From assembly GCA_002269645.1 (NCBI GenBank), contig NIVC01000197.1:62001-126000 (forward strand): a stretch of 64,000 bases of DNA, given 5' to 3'. A model generated the notes under the pieces. That model made no database searches and had not been told where the DNA came from. It was given only the letters and a program-made list of their open reading frames with translations. Below are positions 10,801-23,060 of the stretch, in pieces. The stretch's first letter is position 1, and each line of letters begins with the position of its first letter. A program made the translations under genes and the position numbers. This DNA is from Macrostomum lignano (lineage: Eukaryota).

Positions 10801-12207
10801 AAACAGCCACCCCACTCTCTTTAAAAAAACCACCACCCACTCTCGCTCTTTAAAATAGCCACCCTACTCTCGCTCTTAAAAACAACCACCACCCACTCTC
10901 GCTCTTTAAAATAGCCACCACACTCTCGCTCTTTAAAACAACCAACCCACTCTCGCTCTTTAAAACAACCACCCCACTCTCACTCCTTTTAAACAACCAC
11001 CCAACTCTCGCCCCTTTAAAACAGCCACCCCACTCCCGCTCTGTAAAACAGCCACCCACTCTTATTCTCACCCTACTTTTATTTCTCTTTTTTTCTTTTA
11101 GCCCGAGCCACAGTCATGAACTTTTTTCGCGTACCGCTCAATCTGATTGTTGTGGTCATATTGACCCAGAACTTCCCGCTCGCTCTAATCTTCAAGTGCT
11201 GCACTGGTTTTATGTTTATTGCGTTTGTGACGCAAGTCTATCTGAATCGGTGAGTTGCGCTGTGCTGTTTTTTCATTGTGTTTTGATCCGTTTTACTAGC
11301 CTTTCGCCTCTTGTTGGTCGGGGGAGTGAACTAAGGTAGGCAGCTGCTGGTAGAGTGGGTGAAGCGGTTTTTTCTGCTAGAAAACTTTTACTAGGATTTG
11401 CTCAAACGATAGCATGCAAACGCGGTGCATTGAGTTTTTCCATTTTTAAAGCATTATCCTTGCAACCGGAAGAGCCCAGACTAATGACATTTACATACCG
11501 CTTTTCTCCTTCCAACTCAATCGATCCAAGCGCTCCTGGGATAAAAAAATTGCGCCTGTCGGTGGTCTGATTGACAGTAAAAATACTCCATTCTGTGCGT
11601 TTTCTAAATCAAGTGCCGGTTTGGGCTATTTGAAAAGCTGAACTTACTGAATTATTGAACTCACTAAGCTGTCCAATGCACCTGGTCCGAGATTGCAGCT
11701 GCTGTGCTGTCTCTGGTGGCACTATTGTTTTCCCAATCACGTAGTTAAATAGTGTATCTTGCGGTGGCAGAGCAGCTCAGCGGGGTGCACGCCGTCTGAC
11801 TCTTGCACCATATCTGATAGTTAACCTTTCCGTGCGCGGGTTTGTGCTCGAAAATTGGCCAAGGCGGTTTGTCGTGCGATTCCAAGTTCTATGTTCTAGG
11901 ATGAGAAAGTCAGGTCCGCTGTGCACCCTGTATGATCGTGTTCCTGGAGTAGTGTATTTCACGGGTGGCTTAGCAGTTCTCTTTTTAAATGTAAATTTAT
12001 GTGTTTAATTATTTTAACTTGCCCGCGCCTTTTTCTGTTCGCAGCATAACCAAATGCCAGGATTTGCAACATTTGAACGAGTTGCAAAAGCAGCAACAGC
12101 AGCAGGAGCAGGAGGAGTGGCGCACATCTGTTCTCGATTCCCCAGCTGAATCTGAGTCTGCTGAGCAGGAATCAGAAAAATACTCATCTCCTGAGCTCGC
12201 AGCCTAA
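4870..12207 (+). CDS. MFSD5: MFSD5-like molybdate-anion/MFS transporter, join(4870..5026,6371..7042,8877..9176,11102..11249,12045..12207), 479 aa
   Basis: Family motifs AGDWLQGPYVYALY (across exon 1/2), FESWLV, FEGSMYCFVLEWTP, IPHGYIFAAYM and RATVMNFFRVPLN. All four introns are GT-AG with matching phases; total 1440 nt. Confidence 0.92.
5391..5943 (-). mobile_element. Non-autonomous Merlin (IS1595/IS1016-like) DNA transposon, 553 bp, in MFSD5 intron 1
   Basis: About 45-bp TIRs (GGCAATCCTACACTTCCGTTCGGTAAATTATTTT... / ...AAAATAATTTACCGAACGGAGGTGTGGGATTGCC); 8-bp TSD ACTTAAGT at 5383-5390 and 5944-5951; internal ORF 5551-5745(-) with YTNTVEGTWAHVKR...GTSDALFDAHIEEFLWRR, typical of the IS1595/Merlin transposase C-terminus. 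Confidence 0.9.
7195..8783 (+). repeat. 23-bp minisatellite (CTCAGGTAGTTGCTGCAAAGAAT) in two arrays (about 7195-8104 and 8229-8783) in MFSD5 intron 2
   Basis: Near-perfect tandem repeat with degenerate copies at both edges. Confidence 0.97.
8105..8228 (+). other. Duplicate copy of the MFSD5 intron-2 3' end plus the first 31 nt of exon 3 (8198-8228)
   Basis: Identical to 8784-8907 (offset 679 bp); includes the acceptor CCGCAG (AG at 8196-8197) and is followed by GTATTT. Confidence 0.93.
9330..10035. mobile_element. Dispersed SINE-like repeat family: inverted partial copy at about 9330-9420, copy at about 9785-10035; further copy at about 11760-11960
   Basis: Shared TTGTCGTGCGATTCC...AGAAAGTCAGG...TG(T/C)ACCCTGT blocks; 9378-9410 is the reverse complement of 9850-9885; B-box-like GGTTCGATTCC near 9817. 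Confidence 0.5.
10040..11060. repeat. About 26-bp A/C-rich minisatellite (AAAACAACCACCCCACTCTCGCTCTTT-like) in MFSD5 intron 3
   Basis: Degenerate tandem repeat ending about 40 nt before the exon-4 acceptor. Confidence 0.9.
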
Positions 12208-12348
12208 TGTGGACTCTACCTTTTTTGCCTTCTCTATTTGAATTTTGCTTCCAATTTCTTGTCTTTTGCAAAGCAAAATTGGATTCTTCTTGCCAAATAT
12301 CGGAGATTGCGGTTGAGTCGTCGGAGTTAGCTTCATGATCAGTCCGTA

Positions 12349-12801
12349 TCACAGATGCTAGAATAACTAGATGGGCCACTCAGCACATTTGCATGTAAGC
12401 TACTTTCTGTTCAGTAGTAAGTTGAACAGAGGCATTTTAATTTATTTTTCAAGCCAATGCTCACTTATTAACTCTCACCCCTCCCAGCTTAAACCCTCCA
12501 ACCAGCTCCTTTCCACACTACCCCCCGCCCCAACCCAATTTTTATTGCCTTTCTCTCGGAATTCCAGCCTGAAGCTGCCATGTACATTTCAGTGGACTGG
12601 CTAATGTACATTATTGCTGAACCAATTAGCAAGTTATTTACGCCTGCAAGCTTGGGCTTCTAAACTTATCAAAGTAATTTCAGCTGCCTTTATTTTTATA
12701 AAATAGCTTATGTATTCTTCTTTGCTACTGAACTGAAAGTAGAATGCTGTTTTTTAAAGTATATATGCCTGAGTGCTCATCTATTTATTTTAGAATCTGT
12801 G
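12349..12801. mobile_element. About 450-bp MITE-like dispersed repeat with imperfect TIRs; other copies at about 38430-38850 (inverted) and about 41205-41640
   Basis: Three highly similar copies in the window; TIRs CACAGATGCTAGAATAACTAGATG...CTACTTTCTGTTCAGTAG versus CTACTGAACTGAAAGTAG...CATCTATTTATTTTAGAATCTGTG. Confidence 0.8.
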
Positions 12802-13342
12802 GTTCGAATCTTTCGCACTTGTCTACTGCTTATCAGGGATGCTAGAAAATGTACTTGGAGAGCTGTTGATTTCGACTTTTTAGTTTAACTGAGGAAAAGC
12901 TTTTGCAATGTTTTTTTAGTGAAATGTTCTTGCTTTTAATTTTTAGCGTATTGATAATAAAAAATAATGATAATAATATAAAGAATAGTATTAACTTTTG
13001 ATTTGTTTATGCAGAACGATTTTTCCGTTAACTCGGTTTGACAATAAATATTTTATTCGCTGTTATCCTAATATTATTTTATCGGAATTTTGACTCGATA
13101 ATTCGGCAAAGATACTTCGGGAACTGAAGGATTATGTTTAATAAAAGTACTTATTACAATGTAAGTACTTGTTTGTACCTATTTTCTTAGTTTATTAATC
13201 AGTAATGTTCTGTAGGTTAAATTGCTTAGCGGAAAAAATTACATGTACGCTCGTAGGGGGTCTGTTTCTACTGCAAGTAGCGTCCTTTGCGCCTGCAACT
13301 TGTCTTAAATTTCTGGAATTTATCAAGCATAATTTAAAATTG

Positions 13343-13505
13343 CACTACTACTACTACTACTACTACTACTACCGGTACTACTACTGCTACTACCCCACTG
13401 CTACTACTACTACTACTGCTACTACTACTACTACTACTACTACCGGTACTACTACTGCTACTACCCCACTGCTACTACTACTACTACTGCTACTACTACT
13501 CACTA
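13343..13505. repeat. (CTA)n/(CTG) trinucleotide microsatellite
   Basis: Direct inspection. Confidence 0.9.
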
Positions 13506-13519
13506 CTCAGATCCATGAG

Positions 13520-13820
13520 ATTTGCCCGCAGTGCAATTTGCCCGCGAGCGAGTTGCCCGCGGATTCTTTTCCCGCCGAGGTTTGCCCGCAGTGCTTTTTT
13601 ACTGCAGATTTTGTCTGCATTGTCTTCCCAATGCTTATTACATGTAATAAATCTTAGTAAAGAGATTTACACGATCAAAACTTTTTGATAGTAACTGCAT
13701 ATCAAATGCATATTTTTTGGGGGGCCGGGCAATGCAGACAATCTAGCTGCCAAATGCGCTGCAGTAAAAAAGCACTGCGGGCAAATCTCGGCGGGCAATT
13801 ATCGGCGGGCATTTCTCGTG
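13520..13820. mobile_element. Foldback MITE-like element with TTGCCCGC subterminal repeats
   Basis: CGAGGTTTGCCCGCAGTGCTTTTTTACTGCAG (left) is complementary to CTGCAGTAAAAAAGCACTGCGGGCAAATCTCG (right). Confidence 0.65.
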
Positions 13821-14364
13821 CTCCCTCACTACTCGGTAAATTTCAATTATCTTTACAGCTGAATATCGCAGGTATTGAGGCCAATTGGCAAATCGTTTAA
13901 GCTCGTAGTTCTGTTGACAAGCCAGAGCTGGGGCTCGAATCGTTTATTTTATTGCATGCCGGATGTGATTTACGGGCAGGTGGCGCCGCGTGTTTAGCTC
14001 AAAATCGGATTATTTTCCCAATAAATACATGTCTGCAAGGTACCTTTAGTCTTTGTTCAAGCCTAATGACCTGGTAGATAAGCAATTATTTTCTCTGTCT
14101 GGCCTGGCTCTGCTCAATGAAGTTGAGCAAATCTGCTGAGCAATTAGTCCTGTGTGCATTCGCTTCATTTATTTCATCCTTGGCTCACTTTGCGCTCAGG
14201 CGGACAAGTACATGTAATAAGCCTGCCATTTATAGAATGTTAGCCAGCTAATTAGCTGCTCGATTCAATGCAAACAGTTCGATACAGGAAGATCCACACA
14301 CAAGCAGTGCCGTTTTCTATGGGAAGCACTCTTTATAGTCTTGATTTAGGGATTTGTTTCTTAT

Positions 14365-15270
14365 AGTCTGTTTTACAGTCATTTTTACTGTTTTTTCTAC
14401 AGTCTTTTCTACAATCCGTTTTAGACTCTTTTCTACAGTCTCTGTAGTCTGTTTTACAGTCTGTTCTACAGTCTGTTCTGGAGTCTGTTCTACAGTCTGT
14501 TCTGGAGTCTGTTCTAGAGTCTGTTCTACAGTCTGTTCTACAGTCTGTTCTACAGTCTGTTCTACAGTCTGTTCTTCAGTCTGTTCTACAGTCTGTTCTA
14601 CAGTCTGTTCTACAGTCTGTTCTACAGTCTGTTCTACGGTCTGTTCTACAGTCTGTTCTACAGTCTGTTCTACAGTGTGTTCTACAGTCTGTTCTTCAGT
14701 CTGTTCTACAGTCTGTTCTACGGTCTGTTCTACAGTCTATATCAACATGAAGTATTATTTGAGTTGCCGATGCATTTCGTCCATTTGCATTAGGACATCG
14801 TCAGGGTCTTTTTATTTAAGAAACGAAATGGACGAAATGCGTCGGCAACTCAAATAATACTTCATGTTGATATTTACCTTTATTTATCTACTCTTCATCA
14901 AGCGAGCCACTTTACCTGTTCTACAGTCTGTTCTACAGTCTGTTCTAGAGTCTGTTCTAAAGTCTGTTCTACAGTCTGTTCTACAGTCTGTTCTACAGTC
15001 TGTTCTACAGTCTGTTCTTCAGTCTGTTCTACAGTCTGTTCTTCAGTCTGTTCTACAGTCTGTTCTACAGTCTGTTCTACAGTCTGTTCTTCAGTCTGTT
15101 CTACAGTCTGTTCTACAGTCTGTTCTACAGTCTGTTCTACAGTCTGTTCTACAGTCTGTTCTACAGTCTGTTCTACAGTCTGTTCTACAGTCTTTTCTAG
15201 AGTCTGTTCTTCAGTCTGTTCTACAGTCTGTTCTACAGTCTTCCACATAGTGTAATCTTTTCTACAGTCT
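14365..15270 (+). repeat. 12-bp minisatellite (TCTGTTCTACAG)n, interrupted at 14739-14905
   Basis: Direct tandem repeat. Confidence 0.95.
14739..14873. other. 135-bp palindrome with 48-bp arms (MITE or hairpin RNA)
   Basis: ATATCAACATGAAGTATTATTTGAGTTGCCGATGCATTTCGTCCATTT pairs with the distal arm; the single mismatch is a G-U wobble. Confidence 0.85.
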
Positions 15271-15545
15271 AACTCTAACTAGACGGGCCCGGTCGCTTTA
15301 ATTCTTCTCTCTCTGCAGTAATTGCTTAAAATGAGCTGATTTTCGGCCAATCGCAAGCCAAGCCCAGCTGCCGCATCCAGACAGACCGAGCCAATCAAAG
15401 TGTTTGTCGGGTGACAAGTACGGGCCAGACCTTAGTTGCTTCGAGTGTTAAGTGCAGAATGCGGCAGCCTGTGAGTTCTGCTCTGCGTTGCCATTTCTCG
15501 GGGGTTTCAGATTTCACAAGAGACTTATAGCTTCCATTGAAACCG

Positions 15546-18500
15546 ATGGCGGAGTTCCGAGAGGCTCGGAAGCTGAGCTTCTACATGTTCGGCTGCGCGG
15601 GCACAGCCATCTGCTGCCTGGGCGTGCTGGCCAACTGCCTCTCCCTGGTAGTGCTGTCTAAAAAGTCCATGCGGAGCAGCAGCACCAATCTGTACCTGAT
15701 GGCACTGTCGGTGGCCGACACCATGGTGCTGCTCATGTCGCTGCTCACCTTCCTGAAGGACACTCGCCCGGAATTTGATCAGCCCGAGTACCTGGTCTGG
15801 CGGGACTCGACCTGGCTGCCGCATGTCTATATTTATTCGCACGCGTTGAACCTCATGTTTCAGGTGCGAATTTGGGCCTGGTTTGCAGCGTTTCAGTGCA
15901 GTTTATGGTTTGGTTTACTGTCTGACTGTCTGGTTTACAGGTTGGTTTATGGTCTGGTTTACTGTCTGACCGTCTGGTTTACAGGTTGGTTTATAGTCTG
16001 GTTTACTGTCTGACTGTCTGGTTCACAGGTTGGTTTATGGTCTGGCTTAGTGTCTGACTTGTCTGGTTTACAGGTTGGTTTATAGTCTGGTTTACTGTCT
16101 GACTGTCTGGTTTACAGGTTGGTTTATGGTCTGGTTTACTGTCTGACTGTCTGGTTTACAGGTTGGTTTATGGTCTGGTTTACTGTCTGACTTGTCTGGT
16201 TTACAGGTTGGTTTATGGTCTGGTTTACTGTCTGACCGTCTGGTTTACAGGTTGGTTTATAGTCTGGTTTACTGTCTGACTGTCTGGTTCACAGGTTGGT
16301 TTATGGTCTGGCTTAGTGTCTGACTTGTCTGGTTTACAGGTTGGTTTATAGTCTGGTTTACTGTCTGACTGTCTGGTTTACAGGTTGGTTTATGGTCTGG
16401 TTTACTGTCTGACTGTCTGGTTTACAGGTTGGTTTATGGTCTGGTTTACTGTCTGACTTGTCTGGTTTACAGGTTGGTTTATGGTCTGGTTTACTGTCTG
16501 ACCGTCTGGTTTACAGGTTGGTTTATAGTCTGGTTTACTGTCTGACTGTCTGGTTCACAGGTTGGTTTATGGTCTGGCTTACTGTCTGACTTGTCTGGTT
16601 TACAGGTTGGTTTATAGTCTGGTTTGCAGGTTGGTTTATAGTCTGGTTTACAGGTTGGTTTATAGTCTGGTTTACTGTCTGACTTATCTGGTTTACAGGT
16701 TGGTTTATGGTCTGGTTTACTGTCTGACTGTCTGGTTTACAGGTTGGTTTATGGTCTGGTTTACTGTCTGACTTGTCTGGTTTACAGGTTGGTTTATGGT
16801 CTGGTTTACTGTCTGACCGTCTGGTTTACAGGTTGGTTTATAGTCTGGTTTACTGTCTGACTGTCTGGTTCACAGGTTGGTTTATGGTCTGGCTTACTGT
16901 CTGACTTGTCTGGTTTACAGGTTGGTTTATAGTCTGGTTTGCAGGTTGGTTTATAGTCTGGTTTACAGGTTGGTTTATAGTCTGGTTTACTGTCTGACTT
17001 ATCTGGTTTACAGGTTGGTTTATGGTCTGGTTTACTGTCTGACTGTCTGATTTACAGGTTGGTTTATGGTCTGGTTTACTGCTTTGTTTAAAGTCTAGTA
17101 ATAAAGTCATAAAGGCCCCCAAGAGACAGGGGCACCCACCAAGAGACAGGGGTGCCCACCAAGAGACAGGGGTTGCCCACCAAGATACAGGGGTGCCCAC
17201 CAAGAGACAGGGGTTGCCCACCAAGAGACAGGGGTGCCCACCAAGAGACAGGGGTGCCCACCAAGAGACAGGGGCGCCCACCAAGAGACAGGGGCGCCCA
17301 CCAAGAGACAGGGGCGCCCACCAAGAGACAGGGGCGCCCACCAAAAGACAGTGGCGCCCTCCAAGAGACAGGGGCGCTCACCATAGAGACAGGGGCGCCC
17401 ACCATGAGACAGTGGCGCCCTCCAAGAGACAGGGGCGCCCACCATGAGACAGGGGCGCTCACCAAGAGACAGTGGCACCCTCCAAGAGACAGGGGCGCTC
17501 ACCATGAGACAGTGGCGCCCTCCAAGAGACAGGCTTTTATTCTGGTGAAAAAATGTTATTTTACCATTCAGTTGGAAAATAATAGCTACTTTTTCCTATA
17601 ATTAATAAAATTATTGAGTCTACAGTCTACCCTCGGGCGAATGAGGCATCAAGGCTATAAAACTTCGATGTGTACTTTCCACTATGACTGATGATGGGCC
17701 AGTCTCAGCTCAGACCAAGAATTTTTTTATCCATTTGTCTCCGAGAAAATTGCATTATTTTTATTGCAAAGCCACTTCGTGACTGAAACTATAACTAAAT
17801 TTGGAATCTCGGGATTTTGCAATCGTAGCAAAAAGAAACTGCATGGTTCCCCTTGGCTACCGGCCTTTCGTATCTCCATCCCATTTCAGTATCGCCCCAG
17901 CTTTCAGCTTCTTTCTCTGTGTGTGTTCTCTGCACCAGTCTCTCTGTGCATGCTCTATCTGATAATGTCCCTCTGAATCGCTTCCACTTTTTATAGCTAT
18001 TTCACTTCCTTTTTTACTTGTGTGTACCACCGTCTTATGGGCCATCTGTCTGTGAGTAGTTCCATCTCACTTCATCGCCGTTCTTTCTCTTTTCCGCTTT
18101 CCCTCTCACCCTCTCTCCCTCTCTCCCTGTCTCCCTGTCTCCCTCTCTCCCTCTCTCCCTCTCACCCTCTCTCCCTCTCTCCCTCTCTCCCTCACTCCCT
18201 CTCTCCCTGTCTCCCTCACTCCCTCTCTCCCTCTCTCCCTCTCTCTCTCTCCCTCTCTCCCTCTCTCCCTCTCTCCCTCTCACCCTCTCAGCCTCTCTCC
18301 CTCTCTCCCTCTCTCCCTCTCTCCCTCTCTCCCTCTCACCCTCTCTCCCTCTCTTCCTCTCACCCTCTCTCCCTCTCACTCTCTCTCCCTCTCTCCCTCT
18401 CTCCCTCTCACTCTCTCTCCCTCTCACCTTTTCTCCCTCTCTCCCTCTCTCCCTCTCTCCCTCTCTCCTTCTCTCCCTCTCTCCCTCTCTCCCTCTCTCC

Positions 18501-21500
18501 CTCTCTCCCTCTCTCCCTCTCTCCCTCTCTCCCTCTCTCCCTCTCTCCCTCTCTCCCTCTCTCCCTCTCTCCCTCTCTCCCTCTCTCCCTCTCTCCCTCT
18601 CTCCCTCTATCTCTCTTTCCAGCGCTCTTCCCATGCATTCAGAGCCTCAGTACAAAGTGTCAGTAAAAGTAAAAAATCCCGTGCATGCAAAAAAGAGTTT
18701 CCCGATCCCCAGTGGTTGACGCTTAGATCCTCAACCGACCTTCGCTCAGCTCTAATCCGAGTTAAGCGAATATTAAGGATTAAAGCAGGAATAAAATGGA
18801 TTATAATATTTATTAACCCATAAAGTTTCATAAGCAAGCTTTTTTATCGAAGTTTTTTTCTTCCCAGAACTCGTTGAAAAAGATTTCCCCCGGGGAGTAA
18901 GTCGAAAATATGGCCAAAATTCGAGCCTTTAACGAATCTCCTGGGAGCAGAAGTTCTCTCTCTCTCTCTCTCTTTGGCGAAAGAAGCAGATTTTTTTTAG
19001 TCTCGCGCAAATGCTTGCAATGAATTCTTTTGTTTTTTACTCCCGCCGCAGTTCTAAATAGAAATATGCTCGCATATGGAATTGCAATAAAGCTGGCTCT
19101 GTGACACCGGATATGAGAGCGGGACGGTAGCTAATAGGGCTGCTCAAAAATAAAGAAGGTTGACGGTTGACGGTGGAAGCCCAAATCACTGGTGCCACAA
19201 TGTCTTGACATTGCTGCTGTTTGGTGCTAGCTGTTTGGCCGAATTTTGTTAATAAGGAGCAGAATTAATTTTATTAGATTTCTGGGTAATTCTTCGGCTT
19301 TTTGAACGCCCGACTGGCTGTAGAAATAGGCTCTCTATGGCCGAACCACCCTGCTGGCCTCACTTCTGAGTCATTCATTCCACACTGCACATAATAAACT
19401 GTCTATGGCTGAAACCCCCTGGCCTCACTTCTGAGTCATTCATTCCACACTGCAAATAATAAACTGTCTATGGCTGAAACCCCCTGGCCTCACTTCTGAG
19501 TCATTCATTCCACACTGCACATAATAAACTGTCTATGGCTGAAACCCCCTGGCCTCACTTCTGAGTCATTCATTCCACACTGCAAATAATAAACTGTCTA
19601 TGGCTGAAACCCCCTGGCCTCACTTCTGAGTCATTCATTCCACACTGCACATAATAAACTGTCTATGGCTGAAACCCCCTGGCCTCACTTCTGAGTCATT
19701 CATTCCACACTGCACATAATAAACTGTCTATGGCTGAAACCCCCTGGCCTCACTTCTGAGTCATTCATTCCACACTGCACATAATAAACTGTCTATGGCT
19801 GAAACCCCCTGGCCTCACTTCTGAGTCATTCATTCCACACTGCACATAATAAACTGTCTATGGCTGAAACCCCCTGGCCTCACTTCTGAGTCATTCATTC
19901 CACACTGCACATAATAAACTGTCTATGGCTGAAACCCCCTGGTTTCACTTCTAATTCGTTCATTCCACACTGCAAATAATAAACTGTCTATGGCCAAAGC
20001 TCCTGGCCTCAGTCTACGTCATTCATTAATCATTACACACTGCAGTAGAGAGCGACTGTCTATGGTCTCATCATATAGTCAATCCCAGTGCACAGACAAA
20101 CTGTCTATGGCCGAACCGTTCTTCGACTCTCACTCATTCATTCATTTATAGCCTAGAGTTCAACCGATGCCCCTAGCAACGAATAATATAATATGGAATG
20201 AATTCAATTGAAATCCTCAAGCCAATGCTTATCCTTTCACCCAATGACTGCAGGGTAGAGTAGAAAACGCTCATCATAGCTGTTCCATATGCTTAACCAT
20301 AGCCCTTCGAAATTCTAAATTTTGTTGAGCAAGACAAAAAAATTCGACTCTCTCCGGCACGCAATGGGAATGAAAATTGAATAATAGCGAGCAGGCAGTC
20401 ATACAGCTTTTTTTGACAGATCTACCAGAGTTGCCCCATGCGCGCGATTTCGCTATCCGTCCCTCCCAGCCTCTTGCACTTTTCACTTTTTTATCCGCTC
20501 CCCAGAGTTAACCAGTGCGCCACACTGATTGTGCAGATGTAGTGAGCATTCTAATTTTGTCAGATTTTGTCAGTAGACAGGATCAGTATCTGGGACAGAT
20601 GTCATAGTAGCGAAAATTAAAAAATAAGGTGCTGGTGAATTTTTTATTTAGAACCGAGATATTTGATTCGAAAGTCTGGAAAATTTGCGAAGCAGGAATG
20701 TACTTTACTGCTTACCCCAAACTGAAGGTGCGAAATTTTCCTTAGTCTCACCTGACAAACACATCCTCAGTTTCTGCAAGGTGTCCAACATTTTAGAATG
20801 CATTGCATTGGAATTTAATGGGATGCTGGAAGGTGGGGATTATTGCCGTCTATCTGTTCGTACTCGAGCACTTGAGAGCTCGGAGCAGCGCTATCAACAG
20901 ATCTGTTACTGCGGGACCCATGCTGCTCCTGCTCTGCTGCTTTCGCACTTGAGCACGTGCATGGAACTACAGATTTATGCCTTTTATCTTTTGCACAGAC
21001 TGCATACCTGTCTGTACTCACTCAGGCTGATAGGCTGTACGCACTCTCCACTCATCACTCACTCAGTTTCATAGATTGACTCAACTTCATCACTCACTCA
21101 GCTTCATAATAGAGTCACTCCATCACTCACTCAGCCTAAGAGAGTCACTCCATCACTCACTAAGCTTTAAAGAGTCACTCCATCAGTCAATCAGCTTCAA
21201 AGAGTCACTCCATCAGTCACTCAGCTTCAAAGAGTCCCTCTATCACTCACTCAGCCTAAGAGAGTCACTCCACTCCAGTCACTCACTCAGCTTCAAAGAG
21301 TCACTCCATCAGTCACTCAGCTTCAAAGAGTCACTCTATCACTCACTCAGCCTAAGAGAGTCACTCCACTCCAGTCACTCACTCAGCTTCAAAGAGTCAC
21401 TCCATCACTCACTCAGCTTCAAAGAGTCACTCCATCACTCACTCAGCTTCAAAGAGTCACTCCATCAGTCACTCAGCTTCAAAGAGTAACTCCATCACTC

Positions 21501-22676
21501 ACTCAGCTTCAAAGAGTCACTCCATCACTCCCTAAGCTTCATAGAGTCACTCCATCAGTCACTCAGCTTCAAAGAGTAACTCCATCACTCACTCAGCTTC
21601 AAAGAGTCACTCCATCACTCCCTAAGCTTCATAGAGTCACTCCATCAGTCACTCAGCTTCAAAGTCACTCCACTCCATCAGTCACTCAGCTTCAAAGTCA
21701 CTCCACTCCATCACTCACTCAGCCTCCCCGCCCCGCCATGCCGCAGGTGGCTTCGGTCTGGCTCACCCTGGCCTTCACCGTCGACCGCTACGTGATGATT
21801 TGCCACCCGTTCGTCGCCGAGCGTCGTTGCAGCCGCCGAATCGTCTACTGCGTGATCGGCGCCATCTTCGCCGGAGCCGGCGTCTATTCGTTGCCGCGCG
21901 CCTTCGAACAGGTGATCTTCCGGCACGACTGGCCCTACCGGCTCGGGCTGAATGACACCCTGCAGGGCCTCGGCAATGCGTCCAGCTGGCTGCACAGCGA
22001 GCAGCTGGAGAAACTGCAGGTGTACGAGGAACTCGGCACCATCCAGTGGTTTCACACGTCCGCGTTCGGCCTGTCAGACTCCTTCCGCATCGCCTACCAC
22101 CTCACCGCGTGGCTGCTGCTGGTGGTGGCTCTGCCCTTCGTCTGCATCGCCGTCATGAACGTCTTCCTGATCCTGGAGGTCCGCCGCTCCCGCCGCCGCG
22201 GCCGTCAGATCAACGCCAGCGAGCGGCGTCGTAGCGACACCAACCTGATGCTGATCGGAGTCATCTGCCTGTTCTTCACCTGCCAGATCCCCGCCGCGGT
22301 GTCGCACGTGCTCTGGAGCGTCCGGCCGGTGCACACCAACGGCACGGTCGGCATGCCGGTGTTCACCTTCTACGAGGTGTCCAACCTGCTGGTGGTGCTG
22401 AACTCCGCCATCAACATTGTGCCGTACTATTTGTTCAGCCGGAAATTCCGCCAGGAGTTCGCCAGCCTGCTGGCCTGCCGGCTGTTGAAGCTTTGCGGCC
22501 GCGGCGGCGAAGGCGAAGGCGGTGGCAGAGGCGGGAGGCGGCACGGAGAACAGCAGGCGGTGCCCATGGCCGAGCTGCAGCCTCTGGGACGGTGCAGCGC
22601 CGCGAGTGCCGCCTGGCACGAGGCTTCAACAAAGAGAAATCGGCGAGCAAGTCAGCGAAGCATTCCGGCAAAGTAG
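15546..22676 (+). CDS. Class A GPCR, FMRFamide/peptide-receptor-like, join(15546..15863,21747..22676), about 415 aa; N-terminus may extend in an upstream exon
   Basis: Seven hydrophobic segments; [14 protein letters not shown], ...FQ|[38 protein letters not shown]. Phase-0 GT-AG intron 15864-21746. Confidence 0.9.
15905..17085 (+). repeat. 44/45-bp minisatellite (TCTGGTTTACTGTCTGACTGTCTGGTTTACAGGTTGGTTTATGG) at the 5' end of the GPCR intron
   Basis: Direct tandem repeat with variant units. Confidence 0.95.
17115..17535. repeat. 20-bp minisatellite (CCACCAAGAGACAGGGGCGC)
   Basis: Direct tandem repeat; related inverted array at 32630-33030. Confidence 0.92.
18100..18612. repeat. 8-bp CT-rich satellite (CTCTCCCT)n
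   Basis: Direct inspection. Confidence 0.95.
19335..20140. repeat. 65-bp minisatellite, about 10 near-perfect copies plus degenerate flanks
   Basis: GTCTATGGCT recurs at 19401, 19466 and onward at 65-bp spacing. Confidence 0.95.
21075..21720. repeat. About 30-bp minisatellite (CACTCAGCTTCAAAGAGTCACTCCATCACT) abutting the GPCR exon-2 acceptor
   Basis: Direct tandem repeat. Confidence 0.92.
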
Positions 22677-22804
22677 CAGCTACTCATAGTAGCAGCAGAG
22701 TAAATTCAGGCTGAGCAACAAACGAATAAATTGATTTTTAGTGAGAGAAATTCGATGATAAATGTAAAATGCACTTTGCTGGTTTGCCAGTCCCCAACCA
22801 ATTG

Positions 22805-23060
22805 AAAACTTTGGCTCAGGTGGCCAAGGCTCAGGAGGAATTGTTCAGGTAGTTGCCAAGGTTCACGAGGAATTGTTCAGATAGGTGCCAAGGTTTATGG
22901 GGAATTGTTTAGGTGGTTGCCAAGGCTCATGGGGAATAGCTCAAGTAGTGCCAAGGCTCATGGGGAATTGTTTAGGTGGTTGCCAAGGCTCATGGGGAAT
23001 AGCTCAAGTAGTGCCAAGGCTCATGGGGAATTTTTCAGGTAGGTGCCAAGGCTCATGAAC
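22805..23060. repeat. Degenerate minisatellite (GTGCCAAGGCTCATGGGGAATTGTTTAG-like)
   Basis: About 7 degenerate copies downstream of the GPCR stop. Confidence 0.8.

Noticed and set aside
13945-13960. TTTATTGCATG as the end of a spliced-leader RNA gene
   Set aside because: No following GT donor or Sm site; a short AT-rich match is expected by chance.
20815-21021. Nested antisense exon in the GPCR intron (...[14 protein letters not shown])
   Set aside because: Short, no recognisable homology and no partner exons.
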